Shown here: in pieces, positions 1 to 10,745 of the stretch
Layout of the letters: the number at the start of each line of letters is the position of its first letter
How positions within the stretch are numbered: position 1 is the stretch's first letter
From: a virus
Lineage: Duplodnaviria > Caudoviricetes
Direction: 5' to 3' (one strand)
Length of the DNA stretch: 64,000 bases
IMG/VR virus record: IMGVR_UViG_3300028833_000101
Location: 1 to 64,000 of that record
Position numbers and translations under genes: made by a program
Notes under the pieces: generated by a model
What the model was told of the DNA's origin: nothing
The model's database searches: none
The model's input: only the letters and a program-made list of their open reading frames with translations

Positions 1-444
1 GGTATTTTAACACAGGGCAAACTTACTAATATTGCTAATGGTTATTATGTATATTGGATTGGTGGAGAATTTACTAATCCAGGAAAAACTCAACCAAAAT
101 TACATGTTAAACCTCAATATGGTAAAACACCATTAAAAGTTGATTTTGGTAGCGGCCAAGGATATAATGACTGTATTTTATACTTTGCCTCAGAGCAAGC
201 TGCAAAAAACTTTATGGGTATTGCTGATGCAAAGAAACCAAGCAAAGTTAAATCTCTACAAATTAAAAAAATTGGTGAAGATAAAAATGGTTATGTAGAA
301 GTTTCTACTGAATTTGGTAATGCATATATTAAAGCTTCTAAACTCCATGAAGAAGTTGAAGAAGATTTAGAAAATAAAGAAGAAAAAACATATAATTATA
401 AAGAAGTAGCCGAAGCTTATTTTGATGGCTTCTTTAAAGATTAA
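1..444 (+). CDS. 5'-truncated hypothetical protein, paralog of the 9867 and 10746 N-terminal domains
   Basis: Frame 1 is open from base 1 to TAA at 444. Shares YFASEQAAKNF and VEVSTEFGNAY motifs with YFATEQEARNF/VLVQTDCGPAY (9867 gene) and LFKTINEAKMF/VQVNTMCGKAY (10746 gene). Confidence 0.75.
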   Translation, partial: GILTQGKLTNIANGYYVYWIGGEFTNPGKTQPKLHVKPQYGKTPLKVDFGSGQGYNDCILYFASEQAAKNFMGIADAKKPSKVKSLQIKKIGEDKNGYVEVSTEFGNAYIKASKLHEEVEEDLENKEEKTYNYKEVAEAYFDGFFKD

Positions 445-455
445 GGAGAAATAAA

Positions 456-1943
456 ATGAAGATTAAGAAATTAGTTGAATCCAAATTAATTGAAGCTGAA
501 GATAAGATTGATGCTACAGGTTCAGTTCAAGAAATTGCTGATGATATTCAAGACCAAGTTGATGATTTAACTAACGGTGAACTTGAAATTTCTGATGAAG
601 CGGCTAAAAAAGCTGCCGAAGATACTTCTGTTGTTGCGGATGTTGTAAATGCAGATGAAGCAGTTATTGTTATCGATGACAATGACTGGAGTGATGTTAA
701 AATTACAAATAGACTTTATAGAACACTAGATAGAGCTTTTGCTGCTGCCAGCACAAATATGGGCAAGCACAAGATTAAAGCTGGTGCTAACGTTCTTGTT
801 GAAGGTCTTCCAGGTTCAGGTAAAACTGCTATTGTTGAAGCTTGGTGTAAAATGAATGGCTTAACGCTTGTTGCCTTAAATGCTACTGACCCAAAGATTG
901 AGTCTGCTATTAATGGTATTCCACTTCGTAATATGTCTGTTGAAGATTCTACAGAACTTACATATGCATATGCAGTTGATGATAAAAATTTAGGCTTGTT
1001 AATCAATGAAAAACATCCAGAATTAGCAGGAAAATGTGTTTTATTCGTCGATGAATTAAACAGACAAAAAACAGAACAATTGAGACGTCCATTTATGTCT
1101 CTCTTTAATGAAAAAAGAAATGCAAGTGGCACGCTAGATTTTTCTAAAAACTTATTGTTCTGTGTTGTTGCTATTAACCCATTTGGTAATGACTTCCATG
1201 ATAAAGGCGTTAGTGAATTAAATGCTGCTGAAAAAGACAGATTTGCCCGCCAACAATACAGCTTTGACTCAAACATTGATGACGCTCTTCAATTCTGGAA
1301 TTGGTACAGATCAAAAGAATTATTAGAGTTAGGCATTATTTCTCCTGGAAGTGCTGCCTCTGCAAATCATGGTGGTTGGGTTGGACCAACAAAAGAATTA
1401 GATGAAGACGATTTAATGCACGCTAAGAGAGTTCTCAAAGGTGCTGCATTAGCTCTTTATATTTTAAATAATGTTCAAAAATCAAGAGAAACTGAAGTAT
1501 TTACTACAAGAAGAGATACTGATAAAGCTTATAGAAGTGGTGATTACCGCTATACTACAAGCAGAGGCTTATTTGATGGTATTTTTGATAGCACATTTGG
1601 TGATGATAAATCACCTGTTAAAGACTTCTTAGACTGGGTTGATGAAGAAAGCCATTATACTCCAGAAAAAGTTAGAATGTTCCATGACATTTTAGATTCT
1701 TATGTTATGGACGTTAAGGGATTATTTGCTGCTTATAATCTTGATAAAACTCCAAAAGAAATTAAAGCAGAGTTAGATGGAACTGCTGCTCCAAAAGCTG
1801 ATACTACTGTTGATAGCACTGACGATGAAATTGAGGATGATGATGTCATGTTTGGTGCTGATGATATTAGTGGAGTTAGCAAAGCAAGCACAGACGATTT
1901 AAGCAAAGACGATGTTGATTCTATCATGGGTAGCTGGTTATAA
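456..1943 (+). CDS. MoxR-like AAA+ ATPase (AAA_5 type), 495 aa
   Basis: Walker A GLPGSGKT, Walker B LFVDELNR, sensor AINP, Arg finger AEKDRF; RBS AAGGAG; followed by peptidase and vWA genes. Confidence 0.85.
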   Translation: MKIKKLVESKLIEAEDKIDATGSVQEIADDIQDQVDDLTNGELEISDEAAKKAAEDTSVVADVVNADEAVIVIDDNDWSDVKITNRLYRTLDRAFAAASTNMGKHKIKAGANVLVEGLPGSGKTAIVEAWCKMNGLTLVALNATDPKIESAINGIPLRNMSVEDSTELTYAYAVDDKNLGLLINEKHPELAGKCVLFVDELNRQKTEQLRRPFMSLFNEKRNASGTLDFSKNLLFCVVAINPFGNDFHDKGVSELNAAEKDRFARQQYSFDSNIDDALQFWNWYRSKELLELGIISPGSAASANHGGWVGPTKELDEDDLMHAKRVLKGAALALYILNNVQKSRETEVFTTRRDTDKAYRSGDYRYTTSRGLFDGIFDSTFGDDKSPVKDFLDWVDEESHYTPEKVRMFHDILDSYVMDVKGLFAAYNLDKTPKEIKAELDGTAAPKADTTVDSTDDEIEDDDVMFGADDISGVSKASTDDLSKDDVDSIMGSWL

Positions 1944-1946
1944 TCT

Positions 1947-3095
1947 ATGAAAATTCTAAAAGAAGCAGGAAAAGAAATACAAACTGATACTGAAAAAAGG
2001 CTAAAAAAGAAACTTTTAGCCCTTTTGCGTAATGATGGAAAAGGCCATCATCATGCTAAGTATGCAGCAAGATTAGAAGATTTTATTTTAAAAATCGTTC
2101 CAAGATCAGAGGAACCTGGTTTTGTTGCAGCAGTTAGCTGGGAAGATATTACTGTTTATATTAGTGATGGTTTTGTTACTAATGACCCAGATATTTTCTA
2201 TCAGTTAAGTGTTTTAATGCGCCATGAATTAGCTCATTATTTATTACAACATGATATTAGAATGGCTAAGTATATCGCAGATAAATATGGTGATGAATAT
2301 GCTAAGCATTTTAAATTAAGTAACTTACTACATCAAACCTGCAATATTGTTATGGACTTAGAAATTTCTAACCAAGTTTATATGCAAGATGATGATAAGG
2401 ATGTAGTTAGAAATCTTACTGATGGTGTTAGATTTTTGCCTGGTTTAGTTACAGACGATATCGAAGCAAAATGAACAAAAATGACACTTATTGAAATGTA
2501 TGATGCAGTTGAAAAAGAAATAGATAGCATTAAGCAAAGTATTATAGCTAAATGGGATGCTTTAGATATGTCTAAGCTTGTAAATCCATTTGATAAAAAA
2601 TCATTTATTAAAAATCATATTATAAATGAATTAAATGTATATACAGATACAAAACACCCAACTAATTTCTTTGGCACTTTAGCTCAATTTATTAAGGGTA
2701 GAGCACTATACCATTTTGCTCCATTTGACACACAAAATAGTATTTGTATGATTAAATATTCATCTCTTCCAGACTTGTACCAAGATATCATCGTAGATAT
2801 TGCAGAAGAGTTTAATAGACAAAATGGCTATACAAGACAGGAAATTCGTGATAAAGTAACTGAAATTGCTAAAACAAGCCCAGTCGAGACTTATATCCTA
2901 AAGGGCAAAAATGGCAATGAAGTTACTAAGATATATAATCCAGAAGAAAAATTCCTTGCAATTGATGCATTAAAAGCAGTTCTTCCAGAATTAGATGAAT
3001 ATGATGCTTGGTATGCAAAGGTTCAAAAGGTTTTCTCTGATAGTAAGTACACTGACGCCGATAGACAAAAAGTCTTGGATGCGCTTAATAAATAA
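1947..3095 (+). CDS. HExxH zinc metallopeptidase-like protein (DUF2201 N-terminal type), 382 aa, one internal TGA=Trp
   Basis: MRHELAHYLLQH followed by CNIVMDLEISN. ORFs 1947..2474 and 2481..3095 join in frame through TGA at 2472. Confidence 0.75.
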
Positions 3096-3106
3096 GGAGG
3101 CGTCAA

Positions 3107-5320
3107 ATGAAATCAATTAGAGTAAAATCGTATAATAAATTAATAGAAAACATTATTACTGAAGATAGCATTAAATTAGACGGTAATACAAGTGATTTTA
3201 AAGGAAAATTAAAAAAACGTATTACTGATGCAATTAGACTTGCAAAAGAATGTAGAATTGCTGCTAAAAAAGCAAGAGATGCTGGTAATGATGAAGATGC
3301 TGATTGGTTAGAAAAACGTGCAGAAGATTATGAAACCGCTGCTAGAAATTGAAACCAAGATGCTCTTGATGCTGAAGAAGATTCATCAACTGACAGCAAA
3401 CAAGATGATACTAATAAAGAACCAAGCCAATCAGAAGTAGCACAAGATGCTGCGAATGCTGCTAAGCGTGCTGCAAGAGATGCACAAGATGCTGCTAATG
3501 AAGCTCAAAAAGCAGCAGAAAAATTAGCTGATGCTGGACAAGATGCAAGTGCTGCTAAAGCTGCTGCAGATAAAGCTCAAGAAAAAGCTAATGAAGCTAA
3601 ACAAGCCGCACAAGAAGCACAAGAACATGCAGATGAAGCAAGTAAGGCAGAAGCTGCTGGAGATAAAGATAAAGCTAAGGCAGAAGCTCAAGCTGCAGAA
3701 GATGCTCAAAAGAAAGCAGAGCAAGCCGCAAGTGAAGCAGGTAAAGCTGCTGAATCTGTAAATCAAAAGACCGCTTCTGAAAGAGCACAAGATGCTGCTG
3801 ATGCTGCTGAAGAAGCTGCTAAAAATGCTCAAGCAAAAGCTGATGCTGCCCAAAAGAAAGCTGATGACTTAAAGGCCGAAGGTAAGGATGCCAGTGAGGC
3901 TCAAGCTGAAGCGGATAAAGCAAAAGAAAAAGCAGAACAAGCTAAGAAAGCTGCTGAAGAGGCTAAAGACCATGCAGAAAAAGCTGAAAAAGCTGAAAAA
4001 TCTGGTGATACAGATACAGCTAATTCTGAAGCGGATAAAGCAGAAGCTGCTGCTGAAAGTGCTAAACAATCTGCAAGTAGCTCATCAGATAGCAGTGAAA
4101 GTAGCTCTGATAGTTCAGAGGACAGCTCTGACTCTGATAGTGACTCTGATAGCGACTCTGATAGTGATAGTTCTTCAAAATCTAAATCCAAAGGAAAAAG
4201 TAATTCAAGTAGTAAATCAGATGATAAATCTGATGCAAGTGAATCTGAGGGAGATTCTGATGATGATTCAGATGATGAAAGCCAATCTGATGATGCTCCA
4301 ATTAAAGACCCATTTGCAGATGAAGAAGATATTCCAAGTATGCCAAGTATGGGGCAACAAGGACAAGAACCAAGAGACCCAACTGTGGATGAAATTATTA
4401 AACAATTAGGTAAACTTGAAGGTGAAGCAAAACGTGGAGCTATTGCAGGTTTAACTGATTTAATAAATAAAAATAAAAATGAAAGTTTAACTGAAGCTTT
4501 TAGTAAAGGTATTCGTGAGTTCTCTGATGAAGAATGGGACGACCTAAACGATGAAACTATTGATAGAATCAATAAGGTTAAAAAAATTACCACCATTGAT
4601 GATGTTGAAGGAAGAAAAGCAAAGGTTAAAAGTTGAGCAGATAATCAAGCTGCTCGTCAAGAGCTCTCTGACGAAGAAAGCCAAAATGCTCAACACGATG
4701 TATTACAACGCCGTGCCAAAGAACAAGAATTAGATAAATATAATAACTTGTCTGGAATAAAAGACTTTGAAATTGACTTTGAAGGCTGCATAAGAGACCA
4801 AGTTGAAATGGTCATGCAAGATTATCTAACATATGATGAAATTAATCCAGAATATGAATTAGAAGATGTTATTATGAAAGCAGAAGTTCAAAGAATGATC
4901 CCAGATGAAGCTATTCCTACAATTGCTGTGTTCTTTGATAAATCTGGTTCATGCTCTAGGGCTATTCCAACACTTAACAATGCTATTGCAACAGTTAAAC
5001 AAAAATATGTTGATACTGGCATGTGTAAATTGGATTTATATTATTTTGGTGATAGAGTAGCTTATAATGATATTAATGCTCGTGTAGGTGGCTCTACAAT
5101 GGCTTGGCCACACATTATTGAAACTATTAGACGTGGTGATTATAACAATGTTATTGTTATGTCTGATGATGATATTGGAAGCCAAAATAATAATGGTGAA
5201 AGTTATACTGTTACTGGCTGCGTGTGGTGGCTATGAGTTAATGGCAATAGAGCCCCAAAATGCGTAAAAGAATTACGTGGTATGCAACATAACTTTGAAT
5301 GCGAAATTAGCGCATATTAA
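3107..5320 (+). CDS. vWA (MIDAS) domain protein with long Ala/Lys/Glu coiled-coil and Ser/Asp linker, 737 aa
   Basis: One frame through TGAs at 3350, 4634 and 5234 to TAA 5318-5320. MIDAS FFDKSGSC ... GGST ... VMSDDD; RBS AAGGAGG. Confidence 0.8.
4075..4300 (+). repeat. Ser/Asp low-complexity tract (DSDSDSDSDSDS) inside the vWA gene
   Basis: Tandem gac/gat-tct/agt codons, e.g. gactctgatagtgactctgatagcgactctgatagt at about 4130-4170. Confidence 0.8.
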
Positions 5321-5332
5321 GGAGATAAATTT

Positions 5333-6001
5333 ATGGAAATTATGAAAGAAGAAAAATTAGCTGAAGCAAAATTAACAGAATCAAAAGAAAAGTTACCAAT
5401 TTCTTTCTTAACAGATTTTGTTAGTAGAGGCTGGGATGATGTTGGTTATCTAAAAGAAACAATCAAATCAATCAAAGAAACTTTCAGTGGAACTAAAAAA
5501 GTTGAAGATTTGCTCCAAGCTTTAGTTGACGCTTATTTAGTTTGTATTGGTCAATTAGAATTACATCTTCAAGACAAAGATTATTTAGATACTGATTTAA
5601 AAGAATCTGTAGATATTCATGTTGAGGGTAATGAAGTTACAATTGCAGATAATTCCGGTGAAGATGTTGCTATTATCCCAGTTGAACCAGAAGCTGAACA
5701 ACCATGTGAAGGATCAGATTGTAATGTCCCACCAGTAGTTAGCCCAGTTGAGCCTATTGAGGTTCCTGCTGAGGTTCCTGCTGAAATTCCTGCAGATGGT
5801 GAGCCATTTGAAAATGCTTTTGAATTTGATGCACCAGAAGCTGAAGGCGTTAAAAAATTCGAAAAACCAGAAGTTGCTGATTTCTTTGTGGACTTTGATG
5901 ATCCAGTTGGTGAACCTGTCACTGAAAAAGAATTATACGGTGAGGGAGAAGAGCCAATCGAAGGCGAAAAGATTGATGCTGACGTTGAAGAAGAGGAATA
6001 A
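5333..6001 (+). CDS. Acidic hypothetical protein, probable capsid-internal protein, 222 aa
   Basis: RBS AAGGAG; N-terminus KLAEAKLTES; Pro/Glu-rich C-terminal half. Confidence 0.7.
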   Translation: MEIMKEEKLAEAKLTESKEKLPISFLTDFVSRGWDDVGYLKETIKSIKETFSGTKKVEDLLQALVDAYLVCIGQLELHLQDKDYLDTDLKESVDIHVEGNEVTIADNSGEDVAIIPVEPEAEQPCEGSDCNVPPVVSPVEPIEVPAEVPAEIPADGEPFENAFEFDAPEAEGVKKFEKPEVADFFVDFDDPVGEPVTEKELYGEGEEPIEGEKIDADVEEEE

Positions 6002-6020
6002 TTAATAATTTATTATTAAA

Positions 6021-6050
6021 AGAGCGCTTTAAATAAGCGCTTTTTTATTT
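6021..6050 (+). terminator. Intrinsic terminator
   Basis: agcgctt-taaat-aagcgct stem-loop followed by T tract. Confidence 0.8.
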
Positions 6051-6053
6051 TTA

Positions 6054-6070
6054 TTTGCTAAATTATATGA
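6054..6070 (+). promoter_or_regulatory. Putative phage late promoter (TTTGCTAAATTATATGA)
   Basis: One of 11 intergenic copies of GCTAAATTA, directly after a terminator. Confidence 0.7.
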
Positions 6071-6162
6071 TGTTCAAGCAAATGTTCTTATCCTTTCAGC
6101 AAATGCTTGAATATCACTTGATAGAAAATAACTTATTTTATATAAACTAAGGAGACCACAAT

Positions 6163-9100
6163 ATGGCAAAAAAGATTGAAATTAATGAAAATTGGGAACC
6201 AGTTGAAGTAGAAGATTTAGATAATCTATTTATTGTTGTCTTTAAACACGGCAGTTTTGACCAAGGTTATGTTGAAGCTTTTGATACAGACGATGTTTTA
6301 ATGCAATCTGCTTATGACAGCTTAGCAAATCAATATAATGACTGTGGCTGCGATGAACTAACAAAAATCTATTTAATTAAAGTTCCAAATACTGAACAAA
6401 CAGTCAATATGTGTAATACGGGATTATTTAATGGTAATTGCTGCGACCCTCATGTCATTGAAGCAACCAAAGATTTATTCAATAGAGCTGACTGTGAACA
6501 TCTTTCTTGCTGGGAAGGCTGCGGTTTAACTGAGGCTAAAAAGAAGAAAAAACCATATTCTTCTGCTTATTGTGGTTTCACTGATCCTGAATTAAATATC
6601 AAACACTTTAATAAATGTATGGGCACTGATGGTCTCCAAAATCCAGATGCATCACATTTAATCGTTGGCGATACTTTACCAAATGCACCAGTTGCTGATG
6701 CTGGAAGTTCCGATGGAGCAAGTGATGCAAGTAGTTCTGCTGGAGAAGGCGGAGCTATGGGTGAAAGTTTAACTGAAGCCAACGAAGAAAGTTTAGAAGA
6801 TAAAATTAGGGCTGTCATTGCTCATAAAGAAACAGATGATTGGCACGATGGAAAAGCTTATCTTTTTGAAGTTAGTGATGAGTCTAAAAATTCTGATAAT
6901 GGTGATATTGATCCATTTTGAGTTGAAAAATTTGATGATGATGAAGTTGACTTCAGTAAATTAAAAGTATATGATAGAACTCCAGAAGAAAAAGAAGATG
7001 GCAAATATATTGCTACTTTTATGATTTCTGGCGGTAAAAATGGCTCTGGTGAATGGACTGATTATTTAAGTCAATTAGCAGATGCTTTCAAAGCAATTAA
7101 AGAGAAAACAGGTGCTGAACCTTTACTTTATAAATTAGATACAGATATTTGTGATGATGTTTGGACTGGTTATGTTTTCTTATATGATCATGCAGATAAT
7201 GTTAAAGAAAGCTTAAATGAAGATTTAATTGTTGTTGAACCATTTGAAGCCGAAGAAAAAATTGAGGAAATTAAGAAACAAATTGAAGAAGCTAAAGATT
7301 GAAAAGTCCGCAAAAACCTATTAACTTTAATGAATATTTATTTATTCCAAACAGTTTATGATGCTGATCATCAAGATGAGACTGATTGCAATATCAATAA
7401 AGAAGAATGAGATGAATACTCTAAATGGAGTACTGAACAAGGCGAAAAACTTTTAAATGAACATCCAGAGCTTGAAAAAGAAAATGAAGAAAGAGAAGCT
7501 AAAATTGATGCTTCTGTAAAAGATGATGCTTCCGATGAAACCGAAGAACAAGAAGAAATAGAAGAAAATTTGACTGAAGCCCATTTAGATTATTCTACAC
7601 AATTATCTAAAATGAGACAATTAGAAGCAGGCACTCGTGGCTTTAATGCTTCAAATGTTAGCTTAGAAAAACTTCTATTTAATTACGATATTTGTATTTC
7701 TCATAATTTACCAAAAGCTAGAAAAGTAATGGAAGATGCTTTAAGAATGCACGGTTGGGACCAATATATTAAACCAACTAAAAAACAAGTCAAAATTTCA
7801 GACTATGATCGTATTTTAAAACCTGGTTATGTAAACATTGCTGCGGCTAAAACTGTTTTGGCAAATAAAGATAATGCACAACAACTTATTAAAGACTATG
7901 GAAACAACTTAGATGATTTACTTGTTATTTTAGTTATTGCACTTGGAATTAAAGAAGCTGCTTTAGCTGGAACTATTAAAGATCATATTATCAATAACTT
8001 CACAGTTACACTAGCTGAGTTAAAAGATTTCTTAAATAGATACTTTGCTAATCCAGCTGCTATATCATCTTTAAATCAAATTATTCACGATTGTAAAGAA
8101 AGTTTAGTAGAAGATGCTGGCTATTCTCATAAACTTGAAGATAAATTTGAGCTTCCTCCACAAATTAAATTATTAGACCAAAATAAAGTTGAAGATTTTA
8201 TTAAACAATTAGCACCAGAAGAATTATTTAGAGTTGGTTATGCTACTCCATTATATTTCTATTCTGAATTAGATGATAAATTTGATTTAGTTAAAGCTAC
8301 TGAAATGGAAGGCTATACTGGTTTAGATTATCGTGATGCCTCTGTCGATGCCGCAGACCACGATGAAAGAGTTGCTAATGCACAAAGACAAATTGATACA
8401 TATAAAGATGGGGCTTATGGGCATAAATTAAATACAGAAGGTGAAAAATTTAGTACTAACTATAGAGCAACTAATAAACTTGCATTAAACCCTGAAAAAT
8501 CTAATGAATATGTTGAATATGAATTAGATGCAGAAGGAAAACCAGTAAAAGATGCTGCTGGCAAACCAATTATTAAAACTAAAATAGATATGAATAAAAT
8601 TTTATTCTATCCAAGAGTTGGTTCTACTCCTATTACTCATTATTATATTGATTTCCATAATGGTCAAGGATTTAGACCAATTAGACGTGAAGTTTTAGTT
8701 GATACTTTATATAAATTTATCATGGAAGTTGAGAAAGCTAATGCTATGGGTGTTAGCAAAACCGATCTAATGTGAATACAAAAGAAAGGTTATGGCAATA
8801 TTAAGAAAGACTCTACTGGTGCAATTGAAGCATTCTATAAAGACCACCCAGAAAAATATGCAATTAGTATTTATAGAAAAGCAGAAGAATTAGGCATTCC
8901 TGCTGAAGAATATGCAAAAGAACATCCATTTAGCACACGTTGGTCTATGAGCGACTTTAGAAAGAAAGCCAAATCAATGTTTGATGCTGACGCTGCTACT
9001 ATTATGGCCCAAGATGCCTCAACAGTTAGTGATCAAGAGTTAGCCGCTACAAAAGGTGTTAATAGAACTGTAACAGGAATTGAGAATAAACCGCAAGTTA

Positions 9101-9597
9101 GAGCTTTATATTCCAACCAAGTTTATTGGCTTGATGGAAAACCAGGAAAGCTTGGTGCTCAACTTAAAGAGGGATTAGAAGAAAATATTGAACTTGATGA
9201 AGCAAAGCGTTATGTTAAACGTTATTATGTTAGACCTCTAAATATTTTCTGTGGAAATAAAGAAGATATTATTCAAGCTTTAATTAGAGCTGGAGATCAA
9301 AACTGCTCTGTCTATTCATTAAAGAATTTAACAAACCATGAAGATGTTCACTTATTACAACCAAGTGATATCATCTATTACTGAGATGACCATGTTTTAT
9401 ATGATAAGAATCATGTTCAAGTTATGGACTATGATTTATTTGTTAAACATGAAGAAGACCGTAAAAAAGTTGGTAACATTGATGCTGTTCCAGATGCAAC
9501 ATTTAGCGATATATATGACGATAGAGCTACAGAAGACGATTTAAAAGATAAAGATGTAATTGCTAACTATAAAGCATTAAATAAAATTACTAGATAA
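6163..9597 (+). CDS. 1144-aa multi-domain protein with domains separated by E-S/N-L-x-E linkers (candidate processed internal-head polyprotein)
   Basis: Track ORFs 6163, 7021, 7570 and 8947 share one frame, are joined only by TGA codons and end at TAA 9595-9597; RBS AAGGAG. Confidence 0.75.
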
Positions 9598-9610
9598 AAG
9601 GAGATCTAAT

Positions 9611-9859
9611 ATGGAAGATAAGAAACTTGTATTAGAAGAAATTGACAACCCATTTACATTAGAATTTGAATCTTACAATGCATATGGTGAAAAGCTAACT
9701 GAAGCAAAAGAAGAAGTTTGCTGCATTTGTGGTGAACCACTTGAAGGTTATGGAAACAATCCTGAACCATACAAACATGAAGGCAGATGCTGTGATGCTT
9801 GCAATTTAAAATTTGTAATTCCAGCAAGATTAGCCGAACTAAATAAACCAGAGGAATAA
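9611..9859 (+). CDS. Small zinc-finger protein (CxxC...CCxxC), 82 aa
   Basis: CCICGEPLEGYGNNPEP...RCCDAC; RBS AAGGAG. Confidence 0.75.
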   Translation: MEDKKLVLEEIDNPFTLEFESYNAYGEKLTEAKEEVCCICGEPLEGYGNNPEPYKHEGRCCDACNLKFVIPARLAELNKPEE

Positions 9860-9866
9860 ATATAAT

Positions 9867-10745
9867 ATGGCTTTACCAGATAATTATGATATAAGAGAAT
9901 ATTTGCCAAAAGAAGAAGATTTTGCGGCTGTTTTTGCTGCAAAGCAAAATGGTAATTATTATAATTTACCATACTATCCTCTTGGTAAAGATGAACCATA
10001 TTGTTACCCAACTGTTAGAATTTACTTGGCTGCTATCTTGCTAAAATGAGAAGAGCTTGGAAAACTAGTTGAAAAATACTTGCTTGACGGCAAATATATG
10101 TATATTAGTGGTGTTAGACAACTAGTGCCTTATTATACTCCACAAGACTTAGCAATTATTAGATCATTTGCAGTTAAGTATAAACAATATTACATCAGCG
10201 GTTATATGAAATATAAAGATGCTGGACAAGGACTTGAATCTCCTGAAAAGCTTAGACAAGCAGCAAGAGATGCTAGAAAAGGTGAAATTGAGACAAAAAT
10301 AAAGGGAACTGGTAATTTAATTCGCCTTATTCCTTATAGTATGAAATATGGCGATGATGACCCAAATAAAAGACAAGCTGGTGCTAAAATGCACTTATTC
10401 TTTGGTAAAGATGTTGGGGGTAAATATAGTATAGTAGTTAGAGGCAGCAATTTATATGGTGCTGGAAAAAATGCTATTGATGATGCTCCATATTTTGCAA
10501 CAGAACAAGAAGCTAGAAATTTTATTACAAATGTAGATCATAACCATATTAATACAAAAGTTACAATTGAAGACTGACGATATGTAATTACTGATAAACC
10601 TATAGATAATGGCTACATCAGAAATGAAGCTGGAGATTATGTTAAAGATTGATATTCTCCAAAAATTGATGACGCTGTATTAGTTCAAACTGATTGTGGA
10701 CCAGCATATATGCTAAAAGATTGTGAATTATTAACGGGGAAATAA
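9867..10745 (+). CDS. Hypothetical protein, paralog of the 10746 N-terminal domain, 292 aa
   Basis: Read through TGAs to TAA 10743-10745. N-terminus YDIREYLPKEEDF...LLKW parallels FDIKNCIPTEEDF...LLKW of the next gene. Confidence 0.75.
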
